From: an uncultured Planctomycetota bacterium | GTDB lineage: Bacteria > Planctomycetota > Planctomycetia > Pirellulales > Lacipirellulaceae | Length of the DNA: 64,000 bases | Direction: 5' to 3' | NCBI GenBank assembly: GCA_963719315.1 | Contig: CAVRBU010000018.1 | Coordinates: 1 to 64,000 of the forward strand | Shown here: piece after piece, positions 1 through 12,425 of the stretch | Layout of the letters: each line of letters starts with the position of its first letter | Position numbering within the stretch: position 1 is the stretch's first letter | The notes under the pieces: generated by a model | Told to the model about the DNA's origin: nothing | Databases searched by the model: none | What the model saw: the letters and a program-made list of their open reading frames with translations, nothing else | Position numbers and translations under genes: made by a program

Positions 1-272
1 GTTCACCCGCCCGGTTGGACAGCCATCCGCGTACGCGAGTGGCAATGATCGTGATGGACTATCTTGGTCGCGGCCTGGCACCCGAGGAAATTGTCGGCCA
101 CTATCCCTATTTGAAACTGGCCGAAGTTCACTCGGCGATGACCTACTATCACGACCATCGCCAGGAGATCGACTCGGAAATCCGAAGCGAAATGGACCAA
201 CTGAAAGCCTCTGCCGACGCGAATTCCCATTCGGCAATCTGGCAAAAACTAAAGGCCAGCGGCGTCATTTGA
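1..272 (+). CDS. DUF433-family protein, putative antitoxin (5' end probably outside the window)
   Basis: Motif TRVAMIV...G.APEEIVGHYPYLKLAEVHSAMTYY is typical of DUF433; directly upstream of a PIN-like gene. Confidence 0.8.
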   Translation, partial: SPARLDSHPRTRVAMIVMDYLGRGLAPEEIVGHYPYLKLAEVHSAMTYYHDHRQEIDSEIRSEMDQLKASADANSHSAIWQKLKASGVI

Positions 273-285
273 TCGATGGATACCG

Positions 286-633
286 ATGGCCATCGCGCTC
301 TACTTTGATGTTCACGTCGATCGCGCGATTGTGGGCCAGTTACGCCTGCGGCAGGTCGATGTGCTAACCGCGCAGGAAGACGGCTCCGATCGGCTGAGCG
401 ATGGAGCGTTGCTCGAACATGCCAGCCAATTAGGCCGGCCTCTTGTTACGCACGATATTCGATTTCTCGCTATGGCCGAAGATTGGCAACGGCTTGGGCG
501 GCCATTCTGCGGATTGGTTTTCGCACACCTCATGCAAGTCTCGATCGGCCAATGCGTTCGCGATTTAGAGCTGATCGCCAAAGGAACGGACCCAAAAGAT
601 TGGGTAAGCGCGGTAGTTCGTCTTCCTCTGTGA
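286..633 (+). CDS. DUF5615 PIN-like protein (VapC45-like toxin)
   Basis: LYFDVHV...DVLT...SD..LL..A....R.LVTHD..F pattern; paired with DUF433. Confidence 0.8.
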   Translation: MAIALYFDVHVDRAIVGQLRLRQVDVLTAQEDGSDRLSDGALLEHASQLGRPLVTHDIRFLAMAEDWQRLGRPFCGLVFAHLMQVSIGQCVRDLELIAKGTDPKDWVSAVVRLPL

Positions 634-861
634 TGGACGTTGATGCGATCCCACCTCAAATTAGCGGCCAACTCCCGCACCCGTCGCCGGGCGCGCTGCC
701 GACTGTCGGCAGCCTGCCGGTCCGCGGCCCCTCGCTCCGGCGAGGCAGAAGCCGCCGCCGTGGCCGTTTCCATATGCTGCGAGAATTGTAGTCCGAGGAC
801 GGTGCGCGTGGTAGGTTAACATTCGGCTCGCCGACAAAAACATCCCAACGACAGACGTTCC

Positions 862-2709
862 ATGCGCGAACTCCTAATGATAGAGATCGTCGTCGTCGTG
901 TTATTGGCGACCTCGTTCACTTGCGTGGGTCTGCTTGCGGTCTGGGCCGCCACATCGCCGCGGCACTGGTTCGTGCGAACATTTGTGTTTCTGGCCGCGC
1001 TTTCTCCGCTCCTGCTGACGCCTGCCTACGAACCCATCGTCGCGTTCGCCATTCAAGGCCTGGTCGTCGCCTGTGGCGTTCGAATCCGAAATCGGTGCGC
1101 GCAAGACGCCAGCAAAAAACGCAGCCGGCAGGCATTGAAGTCGCGATCGAGCCGGCCGGACTTCGCTTCTCCCTGTCGAGCTTGCTGCTCATGATGGCGC
1201 TCATCGCCGTAACGACACCTGTGGCGATCAAGCTCCCGGCGCTCAATCTGCAAACTTGGGCGAACGTGATCGTCATTGGCGTAACGTTCGGCCTGGTTAC
1301 GCTCGTCGCGGCTCAAATGTCCGCGTCCGGCCGCAAGCTCGTTGCGTGGCCGCTCGGATTATTCCTGTGCCTCGCTGCCGGATTCGTGTTATTCAAGCTC
1401 GACAGCTTCGTCGAAGCCGTTGTGCTGCAATCGGGTTGGCCTCCCCCGCCACCTCGCCTGGGCCCAAGTGGTGTCACGCCCACGAAACCATCTGCCATGT
1501 TGTGGCCGCTCACACTGGCGGCTATTGCGTTTTTCCTCGCAGTGATTCTTTGGCTGTGGTCCATTACGCGCGTGAACCAACGCGTTGCGCGGTATCGTCG
1601 GCGTGACGATCGTACTCATCGCCGCATTACCACTGTTTGTTTTGTGGCAATTATTGCATCCGTTGGCGGCGCCGCAGGTGCAATTGCCTGAACCAAATGG
1701 CTACGACGATTTTGTCGCAGCCGGCGCGCAATTCAACACCAGCCCCATCCTAAATACGACGGTCGAACCCAAATCGACGGCACAATTAGCAGCCGAAGTT
1801 GCAAAATTTGCTCCGGCCTTCGCTCAAGTCCGGCGCGGTCTGTCGCGTCCGTGTCTAGCGCCGGCGTGGCCGGTCGGCCCGGGGCTGCCGACGAGCTCCC
1901 TGTCATTTACAGAGGTCCAATCTATTCGTGGCGTAGCCCGGGCACTCAACTGTGAAGCGGACTTGGCCAAACAAGAGCATCGTTTTCGCGATGCGGCGAT
2001 GATTTCAGTCGATACGATGCGTGTCGGCGAGGCATCCGTGCGCGGCGGCGCAGTGATCCAATACCTGGTTGCAATTGCAGTTGAAGGCATCGGCCAATGG
2101 AGTTTGTACCCGGCTATCGAACACCTCGACGCTCAGGCATGTCACGAAACGATCGAAGCGCTCGAACGGATCGACCAGAATCGCGAGCCGCTTGGCGCGA
2201 TCTTGCAACGCGATCGGATTCTCGGAGAAAACGCGTGGGGTTGGTACGGACATCTGTTAGCAATACTGGATGACATTTCCGACACTAACCACCAGGCCCA
2301 TTGGGCGATCAAACAAGCGACATCGCGTTCACTGACCTTTAACCGCTTGCTAAAAATGGAACTTGCCATTCGGCAATATCGATTGGAGAACGGCGAGCTA
2401 CCCGCTCGATTGGTCGAGCTCGTTCCCAAATACGCCTCCGCGGTGCCGATCGATCCGTATGATGCGAACCAGGGTCCGCTGCGATACGTGCGCAAGCCTG
2501 CTGGGTATCTGCTCTACAGCGTCGGATATGATGGCGATGATGATGGAGGTCGTCCCTCGCCACGAGAATCTGGTTGGCTGGATGACGGTGACATGCGGCT
2601 TGATTCCATGATGGTAGACGACGAGACTGCGAAGACCCCGCCGGACGATGGCGACGACGCCAACCCCGACGAACCCGCCACGAAGTCAAAGGAAAGTTCC
2701 AGCCAATAA
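862..2709 (+). CDS. Multi-TM membrane protein with C-terminal soluble domain (frameshifts ~1125 and ~1590)
   Basis: Three overlapping ORFs join into one hydrophobic protein; LRFSLSSLLL motif and PIDPY...LLYSVG.DG.DDGG C-terminal motif. Confidence 0.6.
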
Positions 2710-2875
2710 CCGCCGCATGCGGATTTTCGCGACCTGCCAATGTGACAGACCGATGGCCATGCTTTTTCCCAATCAACGCCTCCACCAGCCACCTTGGCAG
2801 AAACCACCTGCAACCCCGAACGCCGCCGATCGCGGTAAGTCGCTGCCGCGTCGTAAATTACGTCGCCCGGCCACT

Positions 2876-2892
2876 TTGGCGCACGGATTGCT
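2876..2892 (+). promoter_or_regulatory. Sigma54 (-24/-12) promoter upstream of groES
   Basis: TTGGCGCACGGATTGCT: GG-N10-GC spacing with TTGC box, ~85 bp before the groES start. Confidence 0.6.
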
Positions 2893-2977
2893 TCCCCACC
2901 CCTTGCCAACTGTCTGATTCCGCGCCCCAATGGATCGTCTGTCCGTTCAACAATTCAATTACATACAGGAGAAATAC

Positions 2978-3309
2978 ATGCCCGCAACCGCTACCAAGTC
3001 AAAGCCCAATGCAACCAAAGTCACGCTGCAACCGCTCGGCGATAAGGTCGTCGTCGAGCGCGAGGAATCGCAAGAGAAGACGGCCGGCGGCATTTACATT
3101 CCGGACGCGGCCAAGGACAAGCCGACCCGCGGCACGATCATCTCGCGTCGGCACCGGCAAGGTCCTCGATGATGGCACCCGCGGCAAAATGCAAGTCAAG
3201 AAAGGCGACCGCGTGCTCTTCACCAGCTACGCTCCGGAAGTCATTGAGATCAGCGACGTTGAATATCTGCTGATGAGCGAGTAGCGATATTCTCGCCGTC
3301 ATTGAGTAG
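2978..3309 (+). CDS. groES: Co-chaperonin GroES (frameshifts ~3146 and ~3282)
   Basis: [12 protein letters not shown]...[15 protein letters not shown] / VGTGKV...VKKGDRVLF / LLMSE..ILAVIE; AGGAG RBS. Confidence 0.93.
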
Positions 3310-3314
3310 CAGAT

Positions 3315-3377
3315 AAGGTGTCAGGTGTCGGGTGTCAGTCGGAATTCTGACACCTGAAACCCGACACCTGACACCTT
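3315..3377. repeat. Inverted heptamer tandem repeat (GGTGTCR)n...(YGACACC)n in the groES-groEL spacer
   Basis: AAGGTGTCAGGTGTCGGGTGTCAG...CTGACACCTGAAACCCGACACCTGACACCTT. Confidence 0.85.
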
Positions 3378-3379
3378 GA

Positions 3380-5054
<1,675 letters not shown>

Positions 5055-5105
5055 CAAGCGGCCGCGACGGTTGATCGCGGCCACGACTCCGAGTTGTTTA
5101 CACAA

Positions 5106-5142
5106 GAAACCTCGGACGTGCTTCGCACGTTCGGGGTTTTTC
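5106..5142 (+). terminator. Intrinsic terminator after groEL
   Basis: GAAACCTCGGACGTGC-TTC-GCACGTTCGGGGTTTTTCG hairpin followed by a T-run. Confidence 0.8.
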
Positions 5143-5964
5143 GTTTACCACTGTAGTCTCGCGGGGAGATTAACCTTTCGCCATAATGAATGGCCGCGCA
5201 TACGCCACAAAATATGTCGCGGGTGAATCCGATCGAGGGGACAAAGGACAACTAATGGCTTCGACTCAAGAAAGTTCCGGCGATACAGATTTCGTTGAAG
5301 AAGATGTCGACGATGAGATTGATGATGCGGTAATGCCGTATGCTTATTCGATCACAAGTTATGGGGCTGATTATCCGGTTGATGCGCTTGTTAAACGAAT
5401 TGAAGACAGTTCGATACTCATTCCGGATTTCCAGAGGAAATATGTCTGGAAGCAGCCGCAGGCATCGCGGTTCATCGAGTCGCTTCTTCTTGGGCTTCCT
5501 GTTCCCGGTGTATTCTTGGAAAAAGAACCGGGAAAGCAAAGATTATTAATCATTGACGGCCAGCAACGCTTACTAACGCTTTACTACTTCTATGAAGGAA
5601 TCTTTGAGCCAACAGGACGCTCCTTCTCCCTCACTGGTGTGCAGTCGCAGTTCGAAGGATTGACCTACAAAACACTTTCTGTTGAGGACCGACTGCGGCT
5701 CGATGATGCCATAATTCATGCGACGGTTGTTCGACAAGACGAACCGACGGATGATCGCGGAAGTATTTATCACGTTTTTGAACGCCTGAACACCGGCGGC
5801 ACTCCGCTTTCGGATCAGGAAATCCGTACGTGCGTGGAGATCGGCATTGAAACGGGACCCACCTGGGGTGCGGAATCGGCATTGAAAAGGGACCCACCGC
5901 AGCGGACTTCGTAAGCTGGATTCCCGGTTTTTAAACTGGGGAATTCAGCGAAGCGGAGTCAAGG

Positions 5965-7671
5965 ATGCTGAAGGTGGAGGATTACGGCAGGATACGTCGT
6001 GCTCATCGCGATGGCATGAGCATTCGGGAGATCGCCCGGACGTTTGGGCATTCGCGACGAAAGATCCGCGAGGCACTGGCGCAGGCAGAGCCGCGGCCTT
6101 ACACGCTGTCGCTACCGCGACCGCGGCGGGTGCTGACCGATGTGCACCAGCAATGGATCGGCGCGATTCTCGTCGAAGATGAGCAGGCGCCTCGCAAGCA
6201 ACGTCACACAGGAGCGCAACTCTTTCGGCGGCTGCGGGACGAAGAGCAGTACGTCGGCAGCTACGACCAGGTGCGAAGGTACGTGGCCGCGACGCGGGGG
6301 CGGCAGCGCGAAACGTTTCTCCCTTTGTCGTACGAGCCAGGCCAACGGGCCGAGAGCGACTTCGGTCAGATCTGGGTCGACTTCCCGGAAGGCAGGCGCC
6401 AGGTTCCGATCCTGCTGGTGACGTGGGCCTACTCAAACGCCACCTTTATGATTGCGCTGCCGAGCGAAAAGACCGAGGCGATCCTGCATGGCACGGTGGC
6501 GGCGTTTGCGTTTTTTCGTTGCGTGCCCAAAGAACTGTGGTGGGATAATCCAAGAACCGTTGCGACCACGATTCTGCGTGGCCGCCAACGGGAGTTGAAC
6601 CAGCGCTGGCAGGCGCTGGCCAGTCACTACAACTTCGAGCCGTTGTTCTGCCTGCCGGCTCGCGGTAACGAAAAGCCGCACGTCGAGAACCGGGTGAAGC
6701 TGTTGGAGCGCCAGTGGGCGACGCCGGTCCCTCAAGTGAAGGATCTGACAGAGCTAAATGCCTACCTGCTTCAATGCTGCGAGCGGGATGCTCGGCGGAC
6801 GATTGCGGGCCACAGCGAAACGATCGGCGCACGCTTCGCGACAGAGCAGATTAGCGCCTTGCCGCTGCCCGAGCGCCCGTTTGAAGCCGCCGTGAGCGAG
6901 GTCCGTCAAGTCGACAAGTACCAGACGGTCGCCTGGGAGAAGAATCGCTACAGCGTGCCGCGGCGGCATGCGTTCGCCACGGTCACGGTAAAAGCCACTA
7001 TCGATCGCATCGAAGTCATCCGCGACGGCCAGCGGATTGCCCGGCACGAGCGCTCCTACGGACAGGGCGAGCAAGTGCTCGATCCGCTGCACTACCTGTC
7101 CACTCTGGGAGTGAAGCCAGCCTATTTGGATCACACTGACGTCTACCGCAATTGGCGTCTGCCGGCGGCGTTTACCCAGTTGCGCGAACATTTTGAAACA
7201 CGCCACGGATCGTTGCCGGGCGCTCGGCAATTCATCCGCGTGCTGCAGCTGTTGGCAGAGCACCCGCTGACTCGGGTTGAGCAGGCCATCCAGGCCTGCC
7301 GCGGCGACGGCGTCGTCACGGCCGAGCGGATTGCTGGGCTCTGCGAGCGACTGGCGCTGCGCTCCACCCGCGGCGAAGCGAACCTAATCGGGCAGCTGCG
7401 ATCGATTCCTGCGGTGCAAGTCCCGCTGCCGGACTTGCGCCGCTTTGACTCGTTACTCTCTCACGGAGGAGAAGATCATGGCCCAGAAAGAAACGCCCCT
7501 GTTACTGCGTTCGAACCTCAAGGCGCTACGCCTGCCGACGATGCTGGCCGAGTATGGCAAGCTCGCCGGGGAAGCGACCAACAGCAACCAGGACTACCTC
7601 GACTATCTGTTGCGCCTGACGGAGTTGGAGTTAGCCACACGCAGTGCCAATGCTCTGCAGGCGCGCATTAA
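5965..7671 (+). CDS. istA: IS21 transposase IstA
   Basis: N-terminal HTH; PGQRAESDFG, WWDNPR, GNEKPHVE DDE motifs. Confidence 0.92.
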   Translation: MLKVEDYGRIRRAHRDGMSIREIARTFGHSRRKIREALAQAEPRPYTLSLPRPRRVLTDVHQQWIGAILVEDEQAPRKQRHTGAQLFRRLRDEEQYVGSYDQVRRYVAATRGRQRETFLPLSYEPGQRAESDFGQIWVDFPEGRRQVPILLVTWAYSNATFMIALPSEKTEAILHGTVAAFAFFRCVPKELWWDNPRTVATTILRGRQRELNQRWQALASHYNFEPLFCLPARGNEKPHVENRVKLLERQWATPVPQVKDLTELNAYLLQCCERDARRTIAGHSETIGARFATEQISALPLPERPFEAAVSEVRQVDKYQTVAWEKNRYSVPRRHAFATVTVKATIDRIEVIRDGQRIARHERSYGQGEQVLDPLHYLSTLGVKPAYLDHTDVYRNWRLPAAFTQLREHFETRHGSLPGARQFIRVLQLLAEHPLTRVEQAIQACRGDGVVTAERIAGLCERLALRSTRGEANLIGQLRSIPAVQVPLPDLRRFDSLLSHGGEDHGPERNAPVTAFEPQGATPADDAGRVWQARRGSDQQQPGLPRLSVAPDGVGVSHTQCQCSAGAH

Positions 7672-8248
7672 ACAGGCTGGCTTCCCGGTGCAGAAGGACC
7701 TCGATGCATTCGACTTTAGCGCAGCGCCCGGCCTCTCGAAGCCCAAGATCCTGGAACTGGCCCGCTGCGGCTGGATTGATCAGCGTCAGAACTGCTGCCT
7801 GTTGGGTAGTTCGGGAACTGGAAAAACGCATCTGGCCATCGCCTTGGGCCTGGCCGCCTGCCGACTGGGCAAGCGAGTCCGCTTCTTTACCGCTGCCACA
7901 CTGGTCAATCGCTTGGAAGAGACGCAGAAGCAGTACCAGCTCGAGCGATTGTTGAAGCAGCTCGACAAGCTCGATCTGCTTGTCTGCGACGAGCTCGGTT
8001 ATCTCTCGTTCAATCGCAGCGGAGCGGAACTGCTGTTCCAGGTATTCGCCGATCGCTACGAGCGATCCAGCCTGTTGATCACCAGCAACTTGCCGTTCAG
8101 CGAATGGCAGCAGGTGTTTCAGGGAGAACGGATGACAGCTGCTCTCTTGGACCGGCTGACGCACCACTGCGAAATCTTTGAGATGAACGGTGAAAGCTAC
8201 CGCTTCCGGGAGTCGATGAAACAAAAGCGAACCACCAAGGGCAAGTAG
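7478..8248 (+). CDS. istB: IS21 helper ATPase IstB
   Basis: Walker A GSSGTGKT, Walker B LLVCDELGY, TSNLPFSEW, ALLDRLTHH. Confidence 0.95.
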   Translation: MAQKETPLLLRSNLKALRLPTMLAEYGKLAGEATNSNQDYLDYLLRLTELELATRSANALQARIKQAGFPVQKDLDAFDFSAAPGLSKPKILELARCGWIDQRQNCCLLGSSGTGKTHLAIALGLAACRLGKRVRFFTAATLVNRLEETQKQYQLERLLKQLDKLDLLVCDELGYLSFNRSGAELLFQVFADRYERSSLLITSNLPFSEWQQVFQGERMTAALLDRLTHHCEIFEMNGESYRFRESMKQKRTTKGK

Positions 8249-8955
8249 CTTTCGGGCGACCCGTCGGCAAAACGTTCGCAAATCGCGCAACAAAATGGAG
8301 AGTTTACTCTAACCCATTAAGTGAACTAACGGAGGCGGCCGCGCGAGACCTTCGAAGGGTCTCGCGGGCCGCTCCCCAACTAACCAGGTGGGCCCAGATT
8401 CAACGCCCAGGTGGGTCCCATTTCAATGCCGATCTCCACGTGCGTATATCATGGCGCTTTCTGCGACCTGTTGAGGGAGCTAAATGAGTATTCGCCCTGG
8501 CGCGAAGTCTACGGGAAAGCAAGCGCTCGAATGAAAGACCAAGAGCTAATTCTGCGCTTTTTCGCGTTGTCCCATGCGCTCCAAGCCTATTCACGGCCCA
8601 TGAAAGGATTTTTGAACAAATTCATGGGGCACCACAGAGACCTTGATCTTGATTTGACCAGCAGTCAACTGACTCTGGAATTCAAAAGGACGATTGACAC
8701 TGTCGTTAACGCTGTAGGTAAAAGGGCATTTAGACCTGTATCGTCCCTGAATGCTGCCGTGTTTGATGCAGTAATGGTCGGAATAAACGCGCGATTGGGA
8801 GCCAGCCCGATACAGGACATCCAACAAATCAAGGTCAAGTACGATTTACTTTTGGAAGATGGAGAATTTATCGCTGCCTACAAGAAGTCGACAGCCGATG
8901 AGGCTTCTGTTAAGCGACGCGTGCAACTTGCAAAGGACGCCTTCGCGAATGTTCC

Positions 8956-9337
8956 ATGAGGCCGATTTCAATTGTGCGATACGAAGATCGGCTCGGTGAT
9001 CTTTTCGAGAAGGCAAAAGCAATTGTCGATGATGAATTGCAATCGCATTGGGCAAAATATCTTTGCGTATTGACATGTGGGTATTTGGAAGTCGCTGTCC
9101 CTGCGATCTATTCTGAATATGTATTGCGGCGTGCTGCACCTGAGATCACCACCTATGTTCGGAGAAGACTCGAGCGCTTTAAGAGCCCGAAGCACGGAAA
9201 TATTTTGAAAATCGTGGGCTCCTTTAATGGCGATTGGGAGACGGATCTTAAAACTAGGACGGACGGTGTGGTAAAGGATCACATTGACAGTCTAGTGGCG
9301 AATCGCCATTTGATTGCACACGGAAAAGATAGCGGTG
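8956..9337 (+). pseudogene. HEPN-domain protein (MAE_28990/MAE_18760-like), truncated by IS3
   Basis: ATGA overlap with DUF262 stop; GYLE motif and RxxxxH motif (NRHLIAHG); cut by the IS3 left end a few codons later. Confidence 0.8.
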
Positions 9338-9417
9338 TGAGGTGGACCCCAAAAACTGGGCGCCCTGATAAGGTATAAAATCCCCGCTGTGGGATGGCCT
9401 ATCAGGAGGTTCGGAGG

Positions 9418-9708
9418 ATGGCTCGGAAGCGACGGAGTTTTAGCGGTGCGTTCAAGGCGAAGGTAGCACTGGCGGCGTGCCGGGGCGACAAGACCACGGC
9501 TCAACTGGCGGCTGAGTATGAAGTGCATGTGGGCCAGATCACGGCCTGGAAGAAGCAACTCTTGGAGGGAGCTCCGGAGTTGTTCGAAGACGGCCGCGGC
9601 AAGCGAGCGGCCGAGGACACGGCCAATGACCAGGAGCTTTACGAGCAGATCGGCCGGCTGAAGATGGAAGTCGAGTGGTTGAAAAAAAAAGCTGCCGAGC
9701 TCAACTGA
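9418..9708 (+). CDS. IS3 transposase OrfA
   Basis: RRSFSGAFKAKVAL...LYEQIGRLKMEVEWLKKK; A9G slippery site at 9682-9691. Confidence 0.9.
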   Translation: MARKRRSFSGAFKAKVALAACRGDKTTAQLAAEYEVHVGQITAWKKQLLEGAPELFEDGRGKRAAEDTANDQELYEQIGRLKMEVEWLKKKAAELN

Positions 9709-12425
9709 AGGACTGAGGCGATGCATCGAAACGGAACGCAAACAGCTCACGATCGCGCGGCAGTGCGAGCTAGTGGGGCTCGCACGAAGCACGTGGTACT
9801 ACCAGCCGATTGGCGAATCGGCCGAGAACCTGGCGTTCATGCGTGCGATCGACGAGCAGTATTTGCGGACGCCGTTTTACGGCAGCCGCAAGCTCTCGGA
9901 AGTGCTGGGAGTGAACCGCAAGCGCATCCAACGGTTGATGCGTGTGATGGGCATCGAGGCGATCTATCCGAAGCGGCGGACCACCAGGCCCGGCGCCGGA
10001 CACAAAATTTACCCGTATTTACTGCGGAATGTGGAGGTCGCGCGGCCCGACCAGGTGTGGGCCAGCGACATCAGTGTGCCGCAGCAAGCGGCATGAGAGA
10101 TGGGAGATTTATGGCCTCCCGCAATCGGCTTACAGGAGCGGGTTGCAAACCGCCGTAAGCGGCTGTGGTCAAAAGCCACGGTCGTGAGCGTTACGGAAAA
10201 GGCGTCCTTGAGGCGTCAGGTGTGGATCAAGAAGACGAACGCAAGTGAACCACCGCTCAATTGTCGAAAGTTGTAGATGGCGTCGAAACCGGGGAGTTGA
10301 TGTTGCCCTGGGACAAGTCTGGCGGACACCTGCCTACTGGCCAGGCGGCGCCCGGCATAGAGGTGGCGTGAGCTTGATCCGGGCTCTCATGTTGAACTGC
10401 GGGAACCTGTCGCAGCGATGTTAAGAGAAAAGCACAAGCAGAAACCCTGCGAGGCTGATCGTATCGATGCGCGCGACAGGGGCGGACAAGCTCGTAGTAG
10501 CGACGAAGCCGCTGTAACGGCGGTGGAGCGAAGGAGCTTGGTCACTCGGGCTACAGACAACCGGACAACTGCCATGCAGGAGGAGCCGTTGAACGTAGCA
10601 AAACCCTTTGCGATACCCAAGCAACTGGTATGGCAAGCATATCTGGAAGTGAAATCCAAAGGAGGTGCCGCTGGAGTGGATCAAGAATCGCTCGAAGACT
10701 TCGAGCGCAACCTGAAGAACAACCTCTATCGAATCTGGAACCGAATGTCCTCCGGAAGCTACCTTCCACCGCCGGTCAAAGCCGTCCCGATTCCCAAGAA
10801 GTCGGGCGGCACGCGAATCCTCGGCGTCCCCACTGTCTCCGACCGGATCGCGCAATCCGTGGTGAAGATGATTCTGGAACCGATCTTGGAGCCGGTATTC
10901 GATGAGAACTCTTTCGGTTACCGACCGGGCAAGAGTGCCCATGGCGCCATTGCCGTCACCCGCAAACGGTGTTGGCAATACGACTGGGTAGTGGAGTTCG
11001 ACATCCGGGGTCTCTTCGACAACATCAGTCACGACATGCTCAGGAGGGCCTTGCGCCATCATTGCGATTGCCGATGGGTGCTGTTGTACGTTGAGCGCTG
11101 GTTGAAGGCTCCGCTCCAACAGCAGGATGGCAGCCTCACGGCACGCGACAAGGGGACGCCGCAAGGCGGCGTGGTAAGCCCGATTCTGGCCAATCTGTTC
11201 CTGCACTATGCCTTCGATGCGTGGGTCAGGCGCGAGATGCCCAGGATTCCGTTTTGTCGCTATGCCGACGATGGACTGCTGCACTGCAAAAGTCGGCGTC
11301 AAGCGGAGTACGTGATGAGAGCCATCTCAGAGCGTTTTCGGCAGTGTGGGTTGGAAATCCATCCCGACAAATCGTGCATCGTTTATTGCAAGGATGTCAA
11401 TCGCCAGGAAGACTACCCTCGGATCAGCTTCACCTTTCTCGGTTACACGTTCCGTCCTCGACGATGCGTGAACAAGCAAGGGAAACTGCATCCGAACTTC
11501 CTGCCTGCGATCAGCCGCTCCGCGAAAAAAGGAGATCAACCGGCACATTCGCAGTTGGCATATCCAGCTTAAAAACGAGAAGACGTTGTCGGATCTATCG
11601 AGGATGTTCAACCCGATACTGCAAGGCTGGAACGCCTATTATGGTCGGTTCTATCCCTCGGCGCTCCGCCAACTGTGGAGAAACTTCAATCGGTATCTTG
11701 TGCAATGGGTGCGGCGAAAGTCCAAGAAACTTTCACGGCACTGGCAACGGGCGAAGCAAAGCCTCGACCGGTATGCGCGTGCTCATCCGCAGCTATTCGT
11801 TCACTGGAAGCTTGGAGTATTCCCATGCGGTTTAAGTGATGGGAGCCGGATGAGCTGAGAGGTTCACGTCCGGTTCTGGGAGGGGCTGGGGGTGCAATTC
11901 CCCCGGCCTACTCAACCCTACGTGCCGCTGCGTCACGGGTTTTTGTACCTCGCGGCGGTGATGGACTGGTACAGCCGCTACGTGCTGAGTTGGCGCTTGT
12001 CGAACACGCTTACCGGCGACTTCTGTATGGAGGCGCTCGACGAAGCGCTCACGCAGACCAAGCCCGAGATCTTCAACAGCGACCAAGGGAGTCAATACAC
12101 AGCCGAAGCGTTCACGTCGCGGCTGGAGGCTGCCGGCGTGGCGATCAGCATGGATGGCCGCGGCCGGGCGATCGACAACGTGTTCGTCGAGCGGCTGTGG
12201 CGGAGTGTGAAATACGAGGACGTGTACCTCAAGGATTACGTGGACGGCTGGCAAGCCGACGCGTCGCTGGCGGCGTACTTCCGCTTCTACAACAACGAAC
12301 GAATCCATCAGGCGCTCGGCTACCGCACCCCATGGGAGATTTATCGCGAGCGAGGCTCAAGCGACGGGCCGCCGTCAGACGAAAAACGAATTGAAATCGC
12401 GCGCAACAATTTGATAGCTGGTTAG
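9690..12425 (+). CDS. IS3 transposase OrfB (-1 frame), exons ~9690-10073 and 11917-12425
   Basis: Spliced product reads WASDI|TYVPLRHGFLYLAAVMDWYSR...NSDQGSQY...DNVFVERLWRSVKYE (DDE integrase core). Confidence 0.9.
10074..11916 (+). mobile_element. Group II intron (RmInt1-like/class D-like), 1843 nt
   Basis: 5' GTGTG; domain V GAGCCGGATGAGCTGAGAGGTTCACGTCCGGTTC (11843-11876); domain VI and 3' ACTCAAC; candidate EBS1 TGATGT (10298-10303) pairs with exon end ACATCA; excision restores ATC ACC TAC. Confidence 0.95.
10589..11858 (+). CDS. ltrA: Group II intron reverse transcriptase/maturase, no endonuclease domain (frameshift in A-run ~11525)
   Basis: GAAGVD, R.LGVPTVSDRIAQ, GTPQGGVVSPILANLFL, RYADD; thumb domain NPILQGWNAYY; GGAGGAG RBS before TTG. 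Confidence 0.9.

Larger units (their letters stand above)
5835..8438 (+). mobile_element. IS21-family insertion sequence, 2604 bp
   Basis: Terminal IRs TGGAGATCGGCATTGAAA(C/T)GGGACCCACCTGGG, internal repeat copies near both ends, TG..CA ends, 6-bp duplication CGTGCG (5829-5834, 8439-8444), istA and istB. Confidence 0.96.
5255..8959 (+). pseudogene. DUF262 (GmrS/ParB-like) protein interrupted by IS21; parts 5255-5834 and 8445-8959
   Basis: PDFQRKYVW, IDGQQRL, FERLNTGG motifs; removing the IS and one target copy restores a 364-aa frame (..QEIRTC|VYHGAF..). Confidence 0.9.

Noticed and set aside
3315..3377. Short repeats here and elsewhere as CRISPR arrays
   Set aside because: 7-9 bp tandem units without unique spacers; no cas genes
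7478..7671. Long istA/istB overlap as a special feature
   Set aside because: The IstA tail looks like read-through without conserved content and could come from an indel
8300..8327. dif-like site inside IS21 (GAGTTTACTCT-AACCCA-TTAAGTGAACT)
   Set aside because: Only one arm partly resembles an XerD box; too weak
10418..11858. RT as a retron, DGR or defence-associated RT next to DUF262/HEPN
   Set aside because: It lies within complete group II intron boundaries with domains V and VI, and excision restores the IS3 frame
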